From the NCBI GenBank assembly GCA_965214605.1, contig OZ243961.1, forward strand, positions 1,312,001-1,376,000: a stretch of 64,000 nt of DNA. The letters are read 5' to 3'. The notes under the pieces are model-generated. The model was not told where the DNA came from. It saw only the letters and a program-made list of their open reading frames with translations, and did not search any database. The translations under genes were made by a program, and so were the position numbers. The stretch is from an uncultured Candidatus Binatia bacterium (GTDB lineage Bacteria; Desulfobacterota; Binatia; Bin18). Of the stretch, positions 55,710 to 64,000 are shown piece after piece (the first letter of the stretch is position 1; each line of letters opens with the position of its first letter).

Positions 55710-56162
55710 TCAAGCAGCAAAGGGGAAAGGACGGGATGACACAATACGATGTTTGTCCCGCACGGCCTCATCATAATAGCGCGCACGCCACCGCTTCAGC
55801 CCAAGCCGGATATAGTCAGGATCGAGCCCCAGGACTTCGCAGGTATTCACAAATGAGAACGGCCAGTCCACGTCGTCGGCCGCAAACCACTCCTCTGCCT
55901 CCAGGGCCAGCCGCTGGACACGGCGACCTCTGCCAACAAACTGTTTTTGGAAACAGCGAACCGCGTCCTCAAGGACGGCTCGCCTGAGCATGATTTCTCC
56001 GCCCTGGGTCTGCCCCTCAGCAGACGAACTATAAAACTGCTCGGGCAGGATAGCCGCGCTTGGTAGCAGCTGACTGGCCGCGCCTAAATCGTACAACAGG
56101 ACGGGTAGGCCGGGACGGTGACGGTCTTTTGCCCGGTACGATGCGCTAGATGATTTTGCCAT
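55710..56162 (-). CDS. Hypothetical helical protein
   Basis: GGAGGT RBS; ILPEQF...AVLEDAVRCFQ...EAEEWF...WPFSFVNTCEVLGLDPDYIRLGL. Confidence 0.75.
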   Translation of the reverse strand: MAKSSSASYRAKDRHRPGLPVLLYDLGAASQLLPSAAILPEQFYSSSAEGQTQGGEIMLRRAVLEDAVRCFQKQFVGRGRRVQRLALEAEEWFAADDVDWPFSFVNTCEVLGLDPDYIRLGLKRWRARYYDEAVRDKHRIVSSRPFPFAA

Positions 56163-56283
56163 AACACCTCCCTCTCTGCTCCACAAACAAGAAATCCGCG
56201 GGAAGGTTTCGCTTTGGTCGGGAGGCGTGCGCAGTGTAGTAGATGGACAGCTGGTGTCGTCACATCTGGGGACATGGTAGACG

Positions 56284-56469
56284 CTAGGGGACGACGACCA
56301 GAACAACCAAGACCAGCCCGATCAGACTCATCACCACAACCAAGAGTATTCCGCTCAACAGGGTAGCCGGCTGGAAGGACAGCCAGGGCAGGCCGGGGCA
56401 GCGCCCGGTGAGGAGCAACCACAGACTCAAAATCCACACAATGAAGAGCGTGAGCGCAATGACCTGCAC
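56284..56469 (-). CDS. Possible small two-TM membrane protein
   Basis: 61-aa very hydrophobic ORF; GTG start, no clear RBS, in-frame TAG five codons upstream. Confidence 0.3.
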   Translation of the reverse strand: MQVIALTLFIVWILSLWLLLTGRCPGLPWLSFQPATLLSGILLVVVMSLIGLVLVVLVVVP

Positions 56470-56586
56470 GTGGGCCCACAGCTAGCCGATCGGCGTCCAA
56501 CAGTCAAGCGGGGAGACGGATGAGCGCGTTGCATTTATCCAGCGTTCATACTATATGAAAAAAGCTGTTGAGAATGGGGCGGCCTG

Positions 56587-57135
56587 GTGAAAATCCATAT
56601 CGAAGATATCCTTACGTCTCCGACTGTTCTTGCTTTTACTGAGGAGGCCCAGGAACTCGGCCAGTTTCTCTCGTCAGCCCAGGCAACACCCGAATATCGG
56701 GTTGAAGCGCCCCCGCATATTCGGCTGAGCCATTTCCGCTCGGGACAAGACCTTTTTTTTGACGGCAGCGTACAAGGGACACTCAAGAGTCAGTGCGTGC
56801 GCTGCCTTGAATCGTACTCCTTCTCCCTAGACCGCTCCTTCTCGGTAGTTCTCCAGCCCGCGCTCCGGATCGGCCGGGAGATTGAATTGGGGCAAGACGA
56901 GTTGTCGGCAAGTTTTTATCACGGAGAACACATTGACGTATCAGCGTTGGTCCACGAGCAAGTCCTACTCGCCCTCCCGAGCGCCCCGGTATGTTCTGAA
57001 GGGTGCCGTGGTCTGTGTTCCCAGTGTGGCATCAATCTGAACCAAGACAGCTGCGCCTGCCAGCCGCACGGCAAAGATTCGCTGCTAGCCCTCCTCTCTT
57101 CCGCGCGGGTCTCTTCCCAAGGAGTCGGTAAATAA
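56587..57135 (+). CDS. yceD: DUF177/YceD family protein
   Basis: CVRCL, EQVLLALP, CRGLCSQCGINLN...CAC. Confidence 0.9.
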   Translation: MKIHIEDILTSPTVLAFTEEAQELGQFLSSAQATPEYRVEAPPHIRLSHFRSGQDLFFDGSVQGTLKSQCVRCLESYSFSLDRSFSVVLQPALRIGREIELGQDELSASFYHGEHIDVSALVHEQVLLALPSAPVCSEGCRGLCSQCGINLNQDSCACQPHGKDSLLALLSSARVSSQGVGK

Positions 57136-57159
57136 GCGCCTGTTTGCTCATAGACCACT

Positions 57160-58449
57160 ATGTATATTGCAGTTGATGCCATGGGCGGTGATTATGCCCC
57201 GCGCGCTATCGTCGAGGGTGCGGTTGACGCATCTCGAGAGTATGGCATTGAGGTTTTGCTCGTCGGTAATCGGGACAGTATTGCGCGTGAACTCAAGCAC
57301 GTCCAGGCAAAAGAATCATCCCTGTTGGCTGTCCAGCACGCCACCGAGACGATCAGCATGAGCGACTCGGTGGCGGCTATGCGCAATAAACGCGACTCGT
57401 CGCTACACGTTGCGTTTGGACATGTCAAATCGGGCAACGCTGGAGCGGTTGTCAGCGCAGGCAATTCCGGAGCGGTGCTAGCCCTGGCTATCACTAGCCT
57501 CGGCCGCCTCAAGGGTGTCGAACGTCCAGCAATTGTTACCATGCTGCCAACCTCAGGCCAGCGAGCCTGCCTCATTGATTCCGGGGCAAATGTTGAGTGT
57601 AAACCTCAACATCTAATCCAGTTTGCTATCATGGGCGAGGTCTATGCTCGCGTCGTACACAACATTCGTCATCCGCGGGTCGGCGTCTTGAGCAACGGCG
57701 AGGAAGACTCAAAGGGCACCGAGGCGACCCGTGTTGCGCACGAAATTCTCAAAAGGCTGTCGCTCAACTATGTCGGCTATATCGAGGGCCGCGACCTGAA
57801 CAACGGCAATGTTGATGTTATTGTCACCGATGGCTTTACTGGCAATGTAGTCCTCAAGACCATGGAGGGCTTCTACGATTTTCTGCATGCCCAACTCCGC
57901 TCTCTTTTTAGCGCCAACTGGCAGGGCAAGCTCGCCTACCTCTTGCTGCGCCATTCTTTTGCTTCTCTACGGGCCAGTTTGGACGCAGATGAGATTGGCG
58001 GGGCACCGCTGTTGGGGACAAAAGGGCTGCCTATTATCGCCCATGGCGCATCCACTCCGAAAGCGATCAAAAACGCGATCCGTCTGGCCGACGAGTCGGT
58101 TCGTCGGAGGGTGAACGATCAGATTATGGAAAACCTGAACGCCCTATCGGAAACCGCGCTTTTGACCGCCGAGATCAAACGGGGCGGGCGCAATCTGTGG
58201 ACCAACATTCGGGAGCGCTTCCGTTCCCGCGACAGTCAGGAAGCCGATGTGGCGCCAGAGGGCAGCCCGTCGGCTCAGACGGACAAACCGGAGCCAGACA
58301 ACCGCCAATCCTCCGGACCGGATTTTGTCGCCGACCGCCGCCTATCCAAGGTGCAAAGCAGCCGAGAGCTGCCCGGCCAGTCCCACGGCTTGGACCAGCA
58401 CAACGCGGCACACAAGCCAGATCAGAAAGAAGAGGAACACCACGGATGA
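57160..58449 (+). CDS. plsX: Phosphate acyltransferase with long C-terminal extension
   Basis: IAVDAMGGD, SAGNSGA, RPAI, DGFTGNVVLK, GGAPLLG. Confidence 0.95.
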   Translation: MYIAVDAMGGDYAPRAIVEGAVDASREYGIEVLLVGNRDSIARELKHVQAKESSLLAVQHATETISMSDSVAAMRNKRDSSLHVAFGHVKSGNAGAVVSAGNSGAVLALAITSLGRLKGVERPAIVTMLPTSGQRACLIDSGANVECKPQHLIQFAIMGEVYARVVHNIRHPRVGVLSNGEEDSKGTEATRVAHEILKRLSLNYVGYIEGRDLNNGNVDVIVTDGFTGNVVLKTMEGFYDFLHAQLRSLFSANWQGKLAYLLLRHSFASLRASLDADEIGGAPLLGTKGLPIIAHGASTPKAIKNAIRLADESVRRRVNDQIMENLNALSETALLTAEIKRGGRNLWTNIRERFRSRDSQEADVAPEGSPSAQTDKPEPDNRQSSGPDFVADRRLSKVQSSRELPGQSHGLDQHNAAHKPDQKEEEHHG

Positions 58450-59384
58450 GTCAGAGGCTGGCGCTGCTCTTCCCCGGCCAAGGCTCACAAATGGTCGGGA
58501 TGGGAGAAGCGTTGATACAGCAGTTTGCCGTCGCCGCTGAGGTCTTTAGCGAAGCGGACGAAACCCTGCAGTTCAAACTGTCGGCCCTGTGCTTTAGGGG
58601 CCCGGAGGCCGACCTGCGGCTGACCGCTAATGCCCAGCCGGCCATACTGGCGACCAGCATTGCCGCCTTACGGGTTCTTGAGCACGAGACGGATCTTCGG
58701 CCAGTCTGCGTGGCGGGCCATAGTTTGGGGGAGTACACCGCCCTAGTCGCGGCCGGGGCGCTGTCTTTTGCCGATGCCCTGCGAACCGTTCGCCAACGTG
58801 GCCGGCTCATGCAAGAAGCCGTACCGGCCGGAGTTGGCAGTATGGCTGCCCTGATGGGACTCTCACCGCAGGACGTCGTCGAAGTCTGTCAAGAGGCTGC
58901 CCAAGACCAGCTCGTTTCCCTGGCCAATATCAACGGTGGAGCCCAAGTGGTGGTGGCCGGTCATACCGAGGCTGTCCGGCGGGCAATTGAGGTCGCCAAA
59001 GCACGAGGCGCAAGGCGGGCTGTCGAATTGGCGGTGAGCGCACCCTTCCACTGTGGGTTGATGGCTCCGGCCGCTGACGGGCTGCGCCAGGTTTTAGAGA
59101 CGCTTGTGGTCCGACCTCTGTCAGTTGACCTGATTCCGAATGCCACCGCCCAGCCACACCGAGACTCTAGCCTGGTCAAACCCTTGCTCTTCCAGCAGGT
59201 CACGGCTCCAGTCCGCTGGGAGGAGAGCATACAACAACTCGGCGTGCTGGGCTGTCAAGCCGCGGTCGAAATTGGACCGGGGCGGGTGCTGAGCGGCTTA
59301 CTCAAACGGATCAACCCCAATCTCCCGTGCGGCTCTTTTGGTGAGCCAAACCATCTCCAGACGCTACAAGGGCTACTCGTATGA
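58446..59384 (+). CDS. fabD: Malonyl-CoA:ACP transacylase
   Basis: FPGQGSQ, GHSLGE, SAPFH; ATGA overlap with plsX. Confidence 0.96.
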   Translation: MSQRLALLFPGQGSQMVGMGEALIQQFAVAAEVFSEADETLQFKLSALCFRGPEADLRLTANAQPAILATSIAALRVLEHETDLRPVCVAGHSLGEYTALVAAGALSFADALRTVRQRGRLMQEAVPAGVGSMAALMGLSPQDVVEVCQEAAQDQLVSLANINGGAQVVVAGHTEAVRRAIEVAKARGARRAVELAVSAPFHCGLMAPAADGLRQVLETLVVRPLSVDLIPNATAQPHRDSSLVKPLLFQQVTAPVRWEESIQQLGVLGCQAAVEIGPGRVLSGLLKRINPNLPCGSFGEPNHLQTLQGLLV

Positions 59385-60130
59385 CCCCTAAGCTGGAGGG
59401 ACAGATTGCTATTGTGACCGGCGCCTCACGCGGTATCGGTCGGGCCATTGCCGAGCGGCTGGCTGAGGACGGAGCTCGAGTCCTGATCAACTATGTGCAT
59501 AATCAGGCGGCGGCAGAAGACGTGTGCGCCCACATTCGTGCGGCTGGCGGTCGGGCTGAGCTGTGTCGGTTCAACGTTGCCGATCAGGCCGAGGTGACGA
59601 CGCGCGTTCAAGGCGTACTGGCACAACACGACCGGATCGACATTTTGGTCAATAACGCCGGTCTGGCGCTCGATACGCTGCTGTTGCGACTGAAAGAAGA
59701 CGAGTGGCAACGGGTCATGGATGTCAACCTCAAAGGCACTTTTCTGTGCAGCAAAGCCGTTGCCCGCGCCATGGTCCGCCAGCGGAGCGGCCGGATCATT
59801 AACCTGACTTCGGTTGTGGCCCAGACTGGCAACGCCGGACAGGCCGCCTATAGTGCAGCGAAAGCGGGTATTATCGGATTGACAAAGACCCTGGCCAAAG
59901 AGCTGGCCTCGCGTACGATTACCGTCAACGCCGTTGCCCCAGGCTTTATTGAAACCGATATGACCGGGTCCTTGCCAGAGCAGGTCAAAACAGGATATTT
60001 GAGCCTTATTCCAGCGGGTCGATGGGGCACCCCGGCAGAGGTTGCTGAACTGGTGGCTTTCCTAGTCAGCCCCTTGGCGGCGTACATCACCGGACAGGTC
60101 ATCAACATCAACGGTGGTATGTATGTATAA
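59381..60130 (+). CDS. fabG: 3-oxoacyl-ACP reductase
   Basis: TGASRGIG, GNAGQAAYSAAK, APGFIETDMT. Confidence 0.96.
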   Translation: MTPKLEGQIAIVTGASRGIGRAIAERLAEDGARVLINYVHNQAAAEDVCAHIRAAGGRAELCRFNVADQAEVTTRVQGVLAQHDRIDILVNNAGLALDTLLLRLKEDEWQRVMDVNLKGTFLCSKAVARAMVRQRSGRIINLTSVVAQTGNAGQAAYSAAKAGIIGLTKTLAKELASRTITVNAVAPGFIETDMTGSLPEQVKTGYLSLIPAGRWGTPAEVAELVAFLVSPLAAYITGQVININGGMYV

Positions 60131-60200
60131 GAGACGTATAGGCTACTACCACCTAACGGCCGCTTCCGCGTCTGGCTAAGCGATAGAGGAGGACAGCGTT

Positions 60201-60443
60201 ATGGCAGAGAGTACAACACTGGAACGCGTCACAGAGATTGTTTGTGAAAACCTCGGTGTGAGTCAAGAACAGGTCAACCTAGAGTCGTCGTTTATTGATG
60301 ACTTAGGCGCCGACTCGCTCGATGTTGTCGAGCTCGTTATGGCGCTTGAAGCAGAGTATAACACCGCGATCTCAGACGAGGACGTCGAAAACATGCGAAC
60401 AGTCAAAGACGTCATTAACTACATCGACAGGCAGCAGTCCTAG
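60201..60443 (+). CDS. acpP: Acyl carrier protein
   Basis: [17 protein letters not shown]; GGAGG RBS. Confidence 0.97.
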   Translation: MAESTTLERVTEIVCENLGVSQEQVNLESSFIDDLGADSLDVVELVMALEAEYNTAISDEDVENMRTVKDVINYIDRQQS

Positions 60444-60476
60444 TGTCTGACGGCGGGTCTATTCTCAGCATTGAGG

Positions 60477-60518
60477 AAAAATCGCAGCGGCTTGGTCTTG
60501 GAAGTTCTGCGATTTTTT
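60477..60518 (+). terminator. Probable terminator after acpP
   Basis: aaaaatcgcag ... ctgcgatttttt 11-bp stem with T tract. Confidence 0.6.
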
Positions 60519-60590
60519 GTTCTCCTCCGAGATCTGAGAGGCAGAGCAGTCCAGGCTCAGGCGTCACCGCCGCTATGCGAGGGAGTGTAT

Positions 60591-61841
60591 ATGAAAAGCA
60601 GCCTGGCCCAGCAAGACCCTGAGATCTACGCGGCTATTCAGCAGGAAACGCAGCGCCAAGAGGATAATCTTGAGCTGATTGCCTCTGAGAACCTAGTCAG
60701 TCCTGCCGTTCTGGAAGCCCAGGGGTCGGCTCTCACGAATAAATACGCGGAAGGCTATCCCGGCAAACGCTACTATGGCGGCTGTGAATACGTCGATGTC
60801 GCTGAGCAGCTTGCGATCGACCGGGCCAAAACGCTGTTCGGCGCAGACCACGCCAATGTTCAGCCCCACTCCGGCGCTCAGGCTAATATGGCGGCGTATT
60901 TCTCCCAGCTCCAGCCAGGTGATACTATCCTGAGCATGAATCTGTCCCACGGCGGCCATCTCACCCACGGCAGTCCGGTCAACTTCTCGGGAAAATTTTT
61001 CAAGGTGATCCCCTATGGCGTACGTGAGTCTGACCAGCGGATCGACTACCAAGAAATCGCAGACCTAGCTCACAAGCATCGCCCCAAAATGTTGGTTGCC
61101 GGTCACAGCGCTTACCCGCGTCAGCTTGACGCCGCACCTTTCCGTCAGATCGCCGACGAGATCGGCGCCATCGTCATGGTTGACATTGCCCATTTTGCCG
61201 GTTTAGTCGCAGCCGGCCTGCACCCCTCCCCGGTTCCGTATGCTGAACTAGTGACCACCACGACCCACAAAACGCTGCGCGGGCCACGCGGGGGCATGAT
61301 TCTCTGTCGACAGGATTTGGCTAAGAGGGTGAACTCGTCCGTTTTTCCGGGCAATCAGGGTGGCCCGCTGATGCACGTCATCGCCGCTAAGGCGGTCGCC
61401 CTGAAAGAAGCCGCTAGCCCAACCTTCAAAGCCTACCAACGACAAATCCTGGCCAACGCCAAAACGCTGGCCAACAGCCTGCTCAGCCATGGCTTTCGAC
61501 TGGTGTCTGGTGGGACCGACAACCACCTCATGCTGCTCGACCTGCGCGGCACAGCGCTCACCGGCAAGCTGGCCCAAGAAACACTGGATCGCGCTCGTAT
61601 TACCGTCAACAAAAATGCTATTCCATTTGATACCCGCTCTCCGCTTGTCACCAGCGGCGTTCGTATTGGGACGCCGGCCGTGACGAGCCGGGGAATGAAA
61701 GAGTCAGAAATGCAGGTGATTGCCGAGTTTATTTGGCGTGCCTTACAAAAAGTCGGAGATGATAAGGCGCTCGGCACTATCGGGGCAGAGGTGCGTGATC
61801 TGTGTCGCCAATTCCCGGTTTCTGCGCCCATGCTCCCGTAG
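60591..61841 (+). CDS. glyA: Serine hydroxymethyltransferase
   Basis: [29 protein letters not shown]. Confidence 0.98.
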   Translation: MKSSLAQQDPEIYAAIQQETQRQEDNLELIASENLVSPAVLEAQGSALTNKYAEGYPGKRYYGGCEYVDVAEQLAIDRAKTLFGADHANVQPHSGAQANMAAYFSQLQPGDTILSMNLSHGGHLTHGSPVNFSGKFFKVIPYGVRESDQRIDYQEIADLAHKHRPKMLVAGHSAYPRQLDAAPFRQIADEIGAIVMVDIAHFAGLVAAGLHPSPVPYAELVTTTTHKTLRGPRGGMILCRQDLAKRVNSSVFPGNQGGPLMHVIAAKAVALKEAASPTFKAYQRQILANAKTLANSLLSHGFRLVSGGTDNHLMLLDLRGTALTGKLAQETLDRARITVNKNAIPFDTRSPLVTSGVRIGTPAVTSRGMKESEMQVIAEFIWRALQKVGDDKALGTIGAEVRDLCRQFPVSAPMLP

Positions 61842-61862
61842 CTCCTGCCCTAAGCCTGTGGT

Positions 61863-62399
61863 ATGAAATGCCCCTTTTGCTCAAATCAAGATAATCGAGT
61901 CATTGACTCTCGGCTGAGTAGAGACGGAGCCGTCATCAGACGTCGGCGTGAGTGCGACCAGTGTGAGCACCGTTTTACGACCTATGAACGGGTGGAGGAA
62001 ATCCTGCCTCTGGTCATTAAGAAAGATGGCCGCCGGGAGGCGTATAGCCGTCAGAAAGTGGTCGCGGGCCTGACCAAAGCGTGTGAGAAACGGCCGATCA
62101 GTATTGAGACGATTGAAGACATTGCCGACCGCATTGAGTGCTTCCTGCCGGGCTCTGGAGATAAAGAGCTCAAGAGTACAATGATAGGCGAGGAGGTCAT
62201 GCGCCAACTGTATGATCTGGATAAAGTAGCCTACGTCCGTTTTGCCTCGGTGTACCGCTCATTCCAAGATCTGGACGCGTTCATGAACGAGCTCAAAGAC
62301 TTGCTCCAAGAGCGCAGCCACAGTGAGTCAAATCCTGACAGGCCCCGCTCTGGTCGTCGCTTGCGCAAGAAGAAGTCGTCGAAAATAAGCGCACAATGA
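61863..62399 (+). CDS. nrdR: Transcriptional repressor NrdR
   Basis: MKCPFC, RRRREC, RFTTYE, ATP cone, [10 protein letters not shown]. Confidence 0.97.
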   Translation: MKCPFCSNQDNRVIDSRLSRDGAVIRRRRECDQCEHRFTTYERVEEILPLVIKKDGRREAYSRQKVVAGLTKACEKRPISIETIEDIADRIECFLPGSGDKELKSTMIGEEVMRQLYDLDKVAYVRFASVYRSFQDLDAFMNELKDLLQERSHSESNPDRPRSGRRLRKKKSSKISAQ

Positions 62400-63520
62400 A
62401 GTCCGCCACCTCTGACATGTCTGATGACGCCTATATGCAGCGGGCCTTGGAGCTCGCAGCTCGCGGTTTGGGGCGGACGAGTCCAAATCCGGCGGTTGGC
62501 GCGGTGATTGTTCGCGGCAGCCGCATCATCGGCGAGGGATTTCACCGTCGGGCGGGCGGGCCGCACGCCGAAATCGAAGCCCTGCGTAGCCTAAAGGGCT
62601 CGGCCAAGGGCGCGACCCTATACGTCAATCTCGAGCCATGCTCCCACCACGGCCGGACCCCACCGTGTGTCGACGCGGTGATACAGGCCGGGATCCAACG
62701 CGTGGTAATCGGCACCGTCGATCCCAACCCGCTGGTCGCCGGACGCGGGGTACGCCGTTTACGGCAAGCCGGGATTCAGCTCAAAACCGGCGTCTTGAGG
62801 CAGGCGTGTGAGCGGCTAAACGAGGATTTCAGTATTTTTATTCGGACCGGACGGCCGATGGTCACGCTCAAGCTGGCCGCTTCGCTAGACGGCCGGATTG
62901 CAACTGCGGTGGGAGACTCCCGCTGGATCAGCGGCCCCTCCTCACGTCGCCTGGTGCATCAACTCAGAAATCAGGCCGACGCTGTTCTGGTTGGGGCCGA
63001 AACCGTGCGTAGCGATGACCCACAGCTGACGTGTCGTATTCGGGGCGGCCGCGACCCGGTGCGCGTCGTGCTAGACAGCCGTCTGTCCATCAGCCCCCAG
63101 GCTCGCGTCTGCACCCAATCTTCAAAAGCCTCCACCCTTATCGTCACCACCCAAGCCGGAGCAAAACGGCGGAGCTTGTTCGAGCGGCCAAATGTCGAGG
63201 TCTTGCCACTGGACGCCCAGGATCGAGTCCCGCTCGCCGCCCTCCTCCAGGAGTTGGCGCGCCGTGGCCTCAAACATGTGTTGATTGAGGGTGGCGGCCA
63301 GGTCGCAGCCTCCGCCCTGAGCGAGCACCTCGTTAATAAAATCCTGTTTTTTTACCGACCCATCTTGCTCGGTGGCGATGGACGGGCCATGATCGGAGCC
63401 CTTGGCATTACCCGAGTTGCTGCCGGCCACAAGCTGCACATCGAACAGATTAGTCAACGAGGGGACGATGTGGTGGTAAGTGCCCATATTGACCAAGCAG
63501 CGTCCCGACGGGAGAAATAA
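62396..63520 (+). CDS. ribD: Riboflavin biosynthesis deaminase/reductase
   Basis: [30 protein letters not shown]. Confidence 0.96.
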   Translation: MKSATSDMSDDAYMQRALELAARGLGRTSPNPAVGAVIVRGSRIIGEGFHRRAGGPHAEIEALRSLKGSAKGATLYVNLEPCSHHGRTPPCVDAVIQAGIQRVVIGTVDPNPLVAGRGVRRLRQAGIQLKTGVLRQACERLNEDFSIFIRTGRPMVTLKLAASLDGRIATAVGDSRWISGPSSRRLVHQLRNQADAVLVGAETVRSDDPQLTCRIRGGRDPVRVVLDSRLSISPQARVCTQSSKASTLIVTTQAGAKRRSLFERPNVEVLPLDAQDRVPLAALLQELARRGLKHVLIEGGGQVAASALSEHLVNKILFFYRPILLGGDGRAMIGALGITRVAAGHKLHIEQISQRGDDVVVSAHIDQAASRREK

Positions 63521-63532
63521 TAGGGAGGGCCT

Positions 63533-64000
63533 ATGCCACTACCGGCCGCACCTGTTGAGAAAGTTATCACTGACCTGCGCCAGGGCAAGATGATCATTCT
63601 GGTTGACGACGACGAAGTGCGTGGGGAGGCGAATCTGTGCATTGCTGCCGACAAAACTACCCCGGAAGCGGTCAATTTTATGGCGACCCACGGTCGAGGC
63701 CTGGTGTGCCTGGCCCTGACCGAAGAAAAAATCCGCAAACTCGGTATTCCGATGCTTGGCTCCGGCCCGGCTCTTAACCACCAGCGTCTGTTTGGCGCAT
63801 CGATCGAAGCCCGCAAAGGTGTCACCACTGGTATATCAGCCTATGATCGCGCGGTCACGATTACGACGGCGGTCAAACCCAAGGCTGGTCCTGACGATAT
63901 TGTCATGCCCGGTCACGTCCATCCCCTGCTGGCACATCGAGGCGGGGTACTGGCCTGGCCCGGCTTATCAGAAGGGGCAATTGACCTAGTCCGTCTCGGA
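63533..64000 (+). CDS. RibB (DHBP synthase)-like protein with degenerate active site, truncated by the window edge
   Basis: GGGAGG RBS. Hand translation: MPLPAAPVEKVITDLRQGKMIILVDDDEVRGEANL...TPEAVNFMATHGRGLVCL...GVTTGISAYDRA...PGHVHPL...GGVLAWPGLSEGAIDL. Confidence 0.88.
   Translation, partial: MPLPAAPVEKVITDLRQGKMIILVDDDEVRGEANLCIAADKTTPEAVNFMATHGRGLVCLALTEEKIRKLGIPMLGSGPALNHQRLFGASIEARKGVTTGISAYDRAVTITTAVKPKAGPDDIVMPGHVHPLLAHRGGVLAWPGLSEGAIDLVRLG

Noticed and set aside
60444-60590. Riboswitch (ZTP/THF/glycine) upstream of glyA
   Set aside because: No consensus motifs found; the main stem is explained as the acpP terminator.

Overview
GC-rich bacterial chromosome segment with a Deltaproteobacteria-like gene order (lineage inferred from gene content only). 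1-9.6 kb: minus-strand surface-glycan cluster with two multi-domain glycosyltransferases, a GT2, methyltransferases, the Wzm/Wzt ABC exporter and two frameshifted genes. 10.1-12.2 kb: a lipoprotein and an acidic secreted S-layer-like protein. 12.6-19.6 kb: partial type II secretion cluster (gspF-G-L-M-C-D) converging on that protein. Then a stand-alone 5S rRNA with tRNA-Gly, yacG, lpxA, tRNA-Cys, purBSQLF, nadB, pgsA, an epimerase, bolA, a crotonase, polA, tRNA-Gly, ligA, the speA/aguA/aguB putrescine pathway and sua5. 42.5-47.6 kb is a decayed patch with two pseudogenes, an SMP-30 lactonase, an MFS transporter and about 1 kb of unexplained DNA. Then monomeric icd, a catabolic-looking operon (YCF48 lipoprotein, SDR, HMG-CoA-synthase-like/DUF35 fusion, thiolase, acyl-CoA dehydrogenase), and yceD-plsX-fabD-fabG-acpP-glyA-nrdR-ribD plus a RibB-like gene with a degenerate active site. 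Best novelty candidates: the S-layer/lipoprotein/T2SS/glycan locus, the PhlABC-like acyltransferase module, the orphan 5S rRNA and the RibB pseudoenzyme. All family assignments come from motif recognition by eye; no searches were run.
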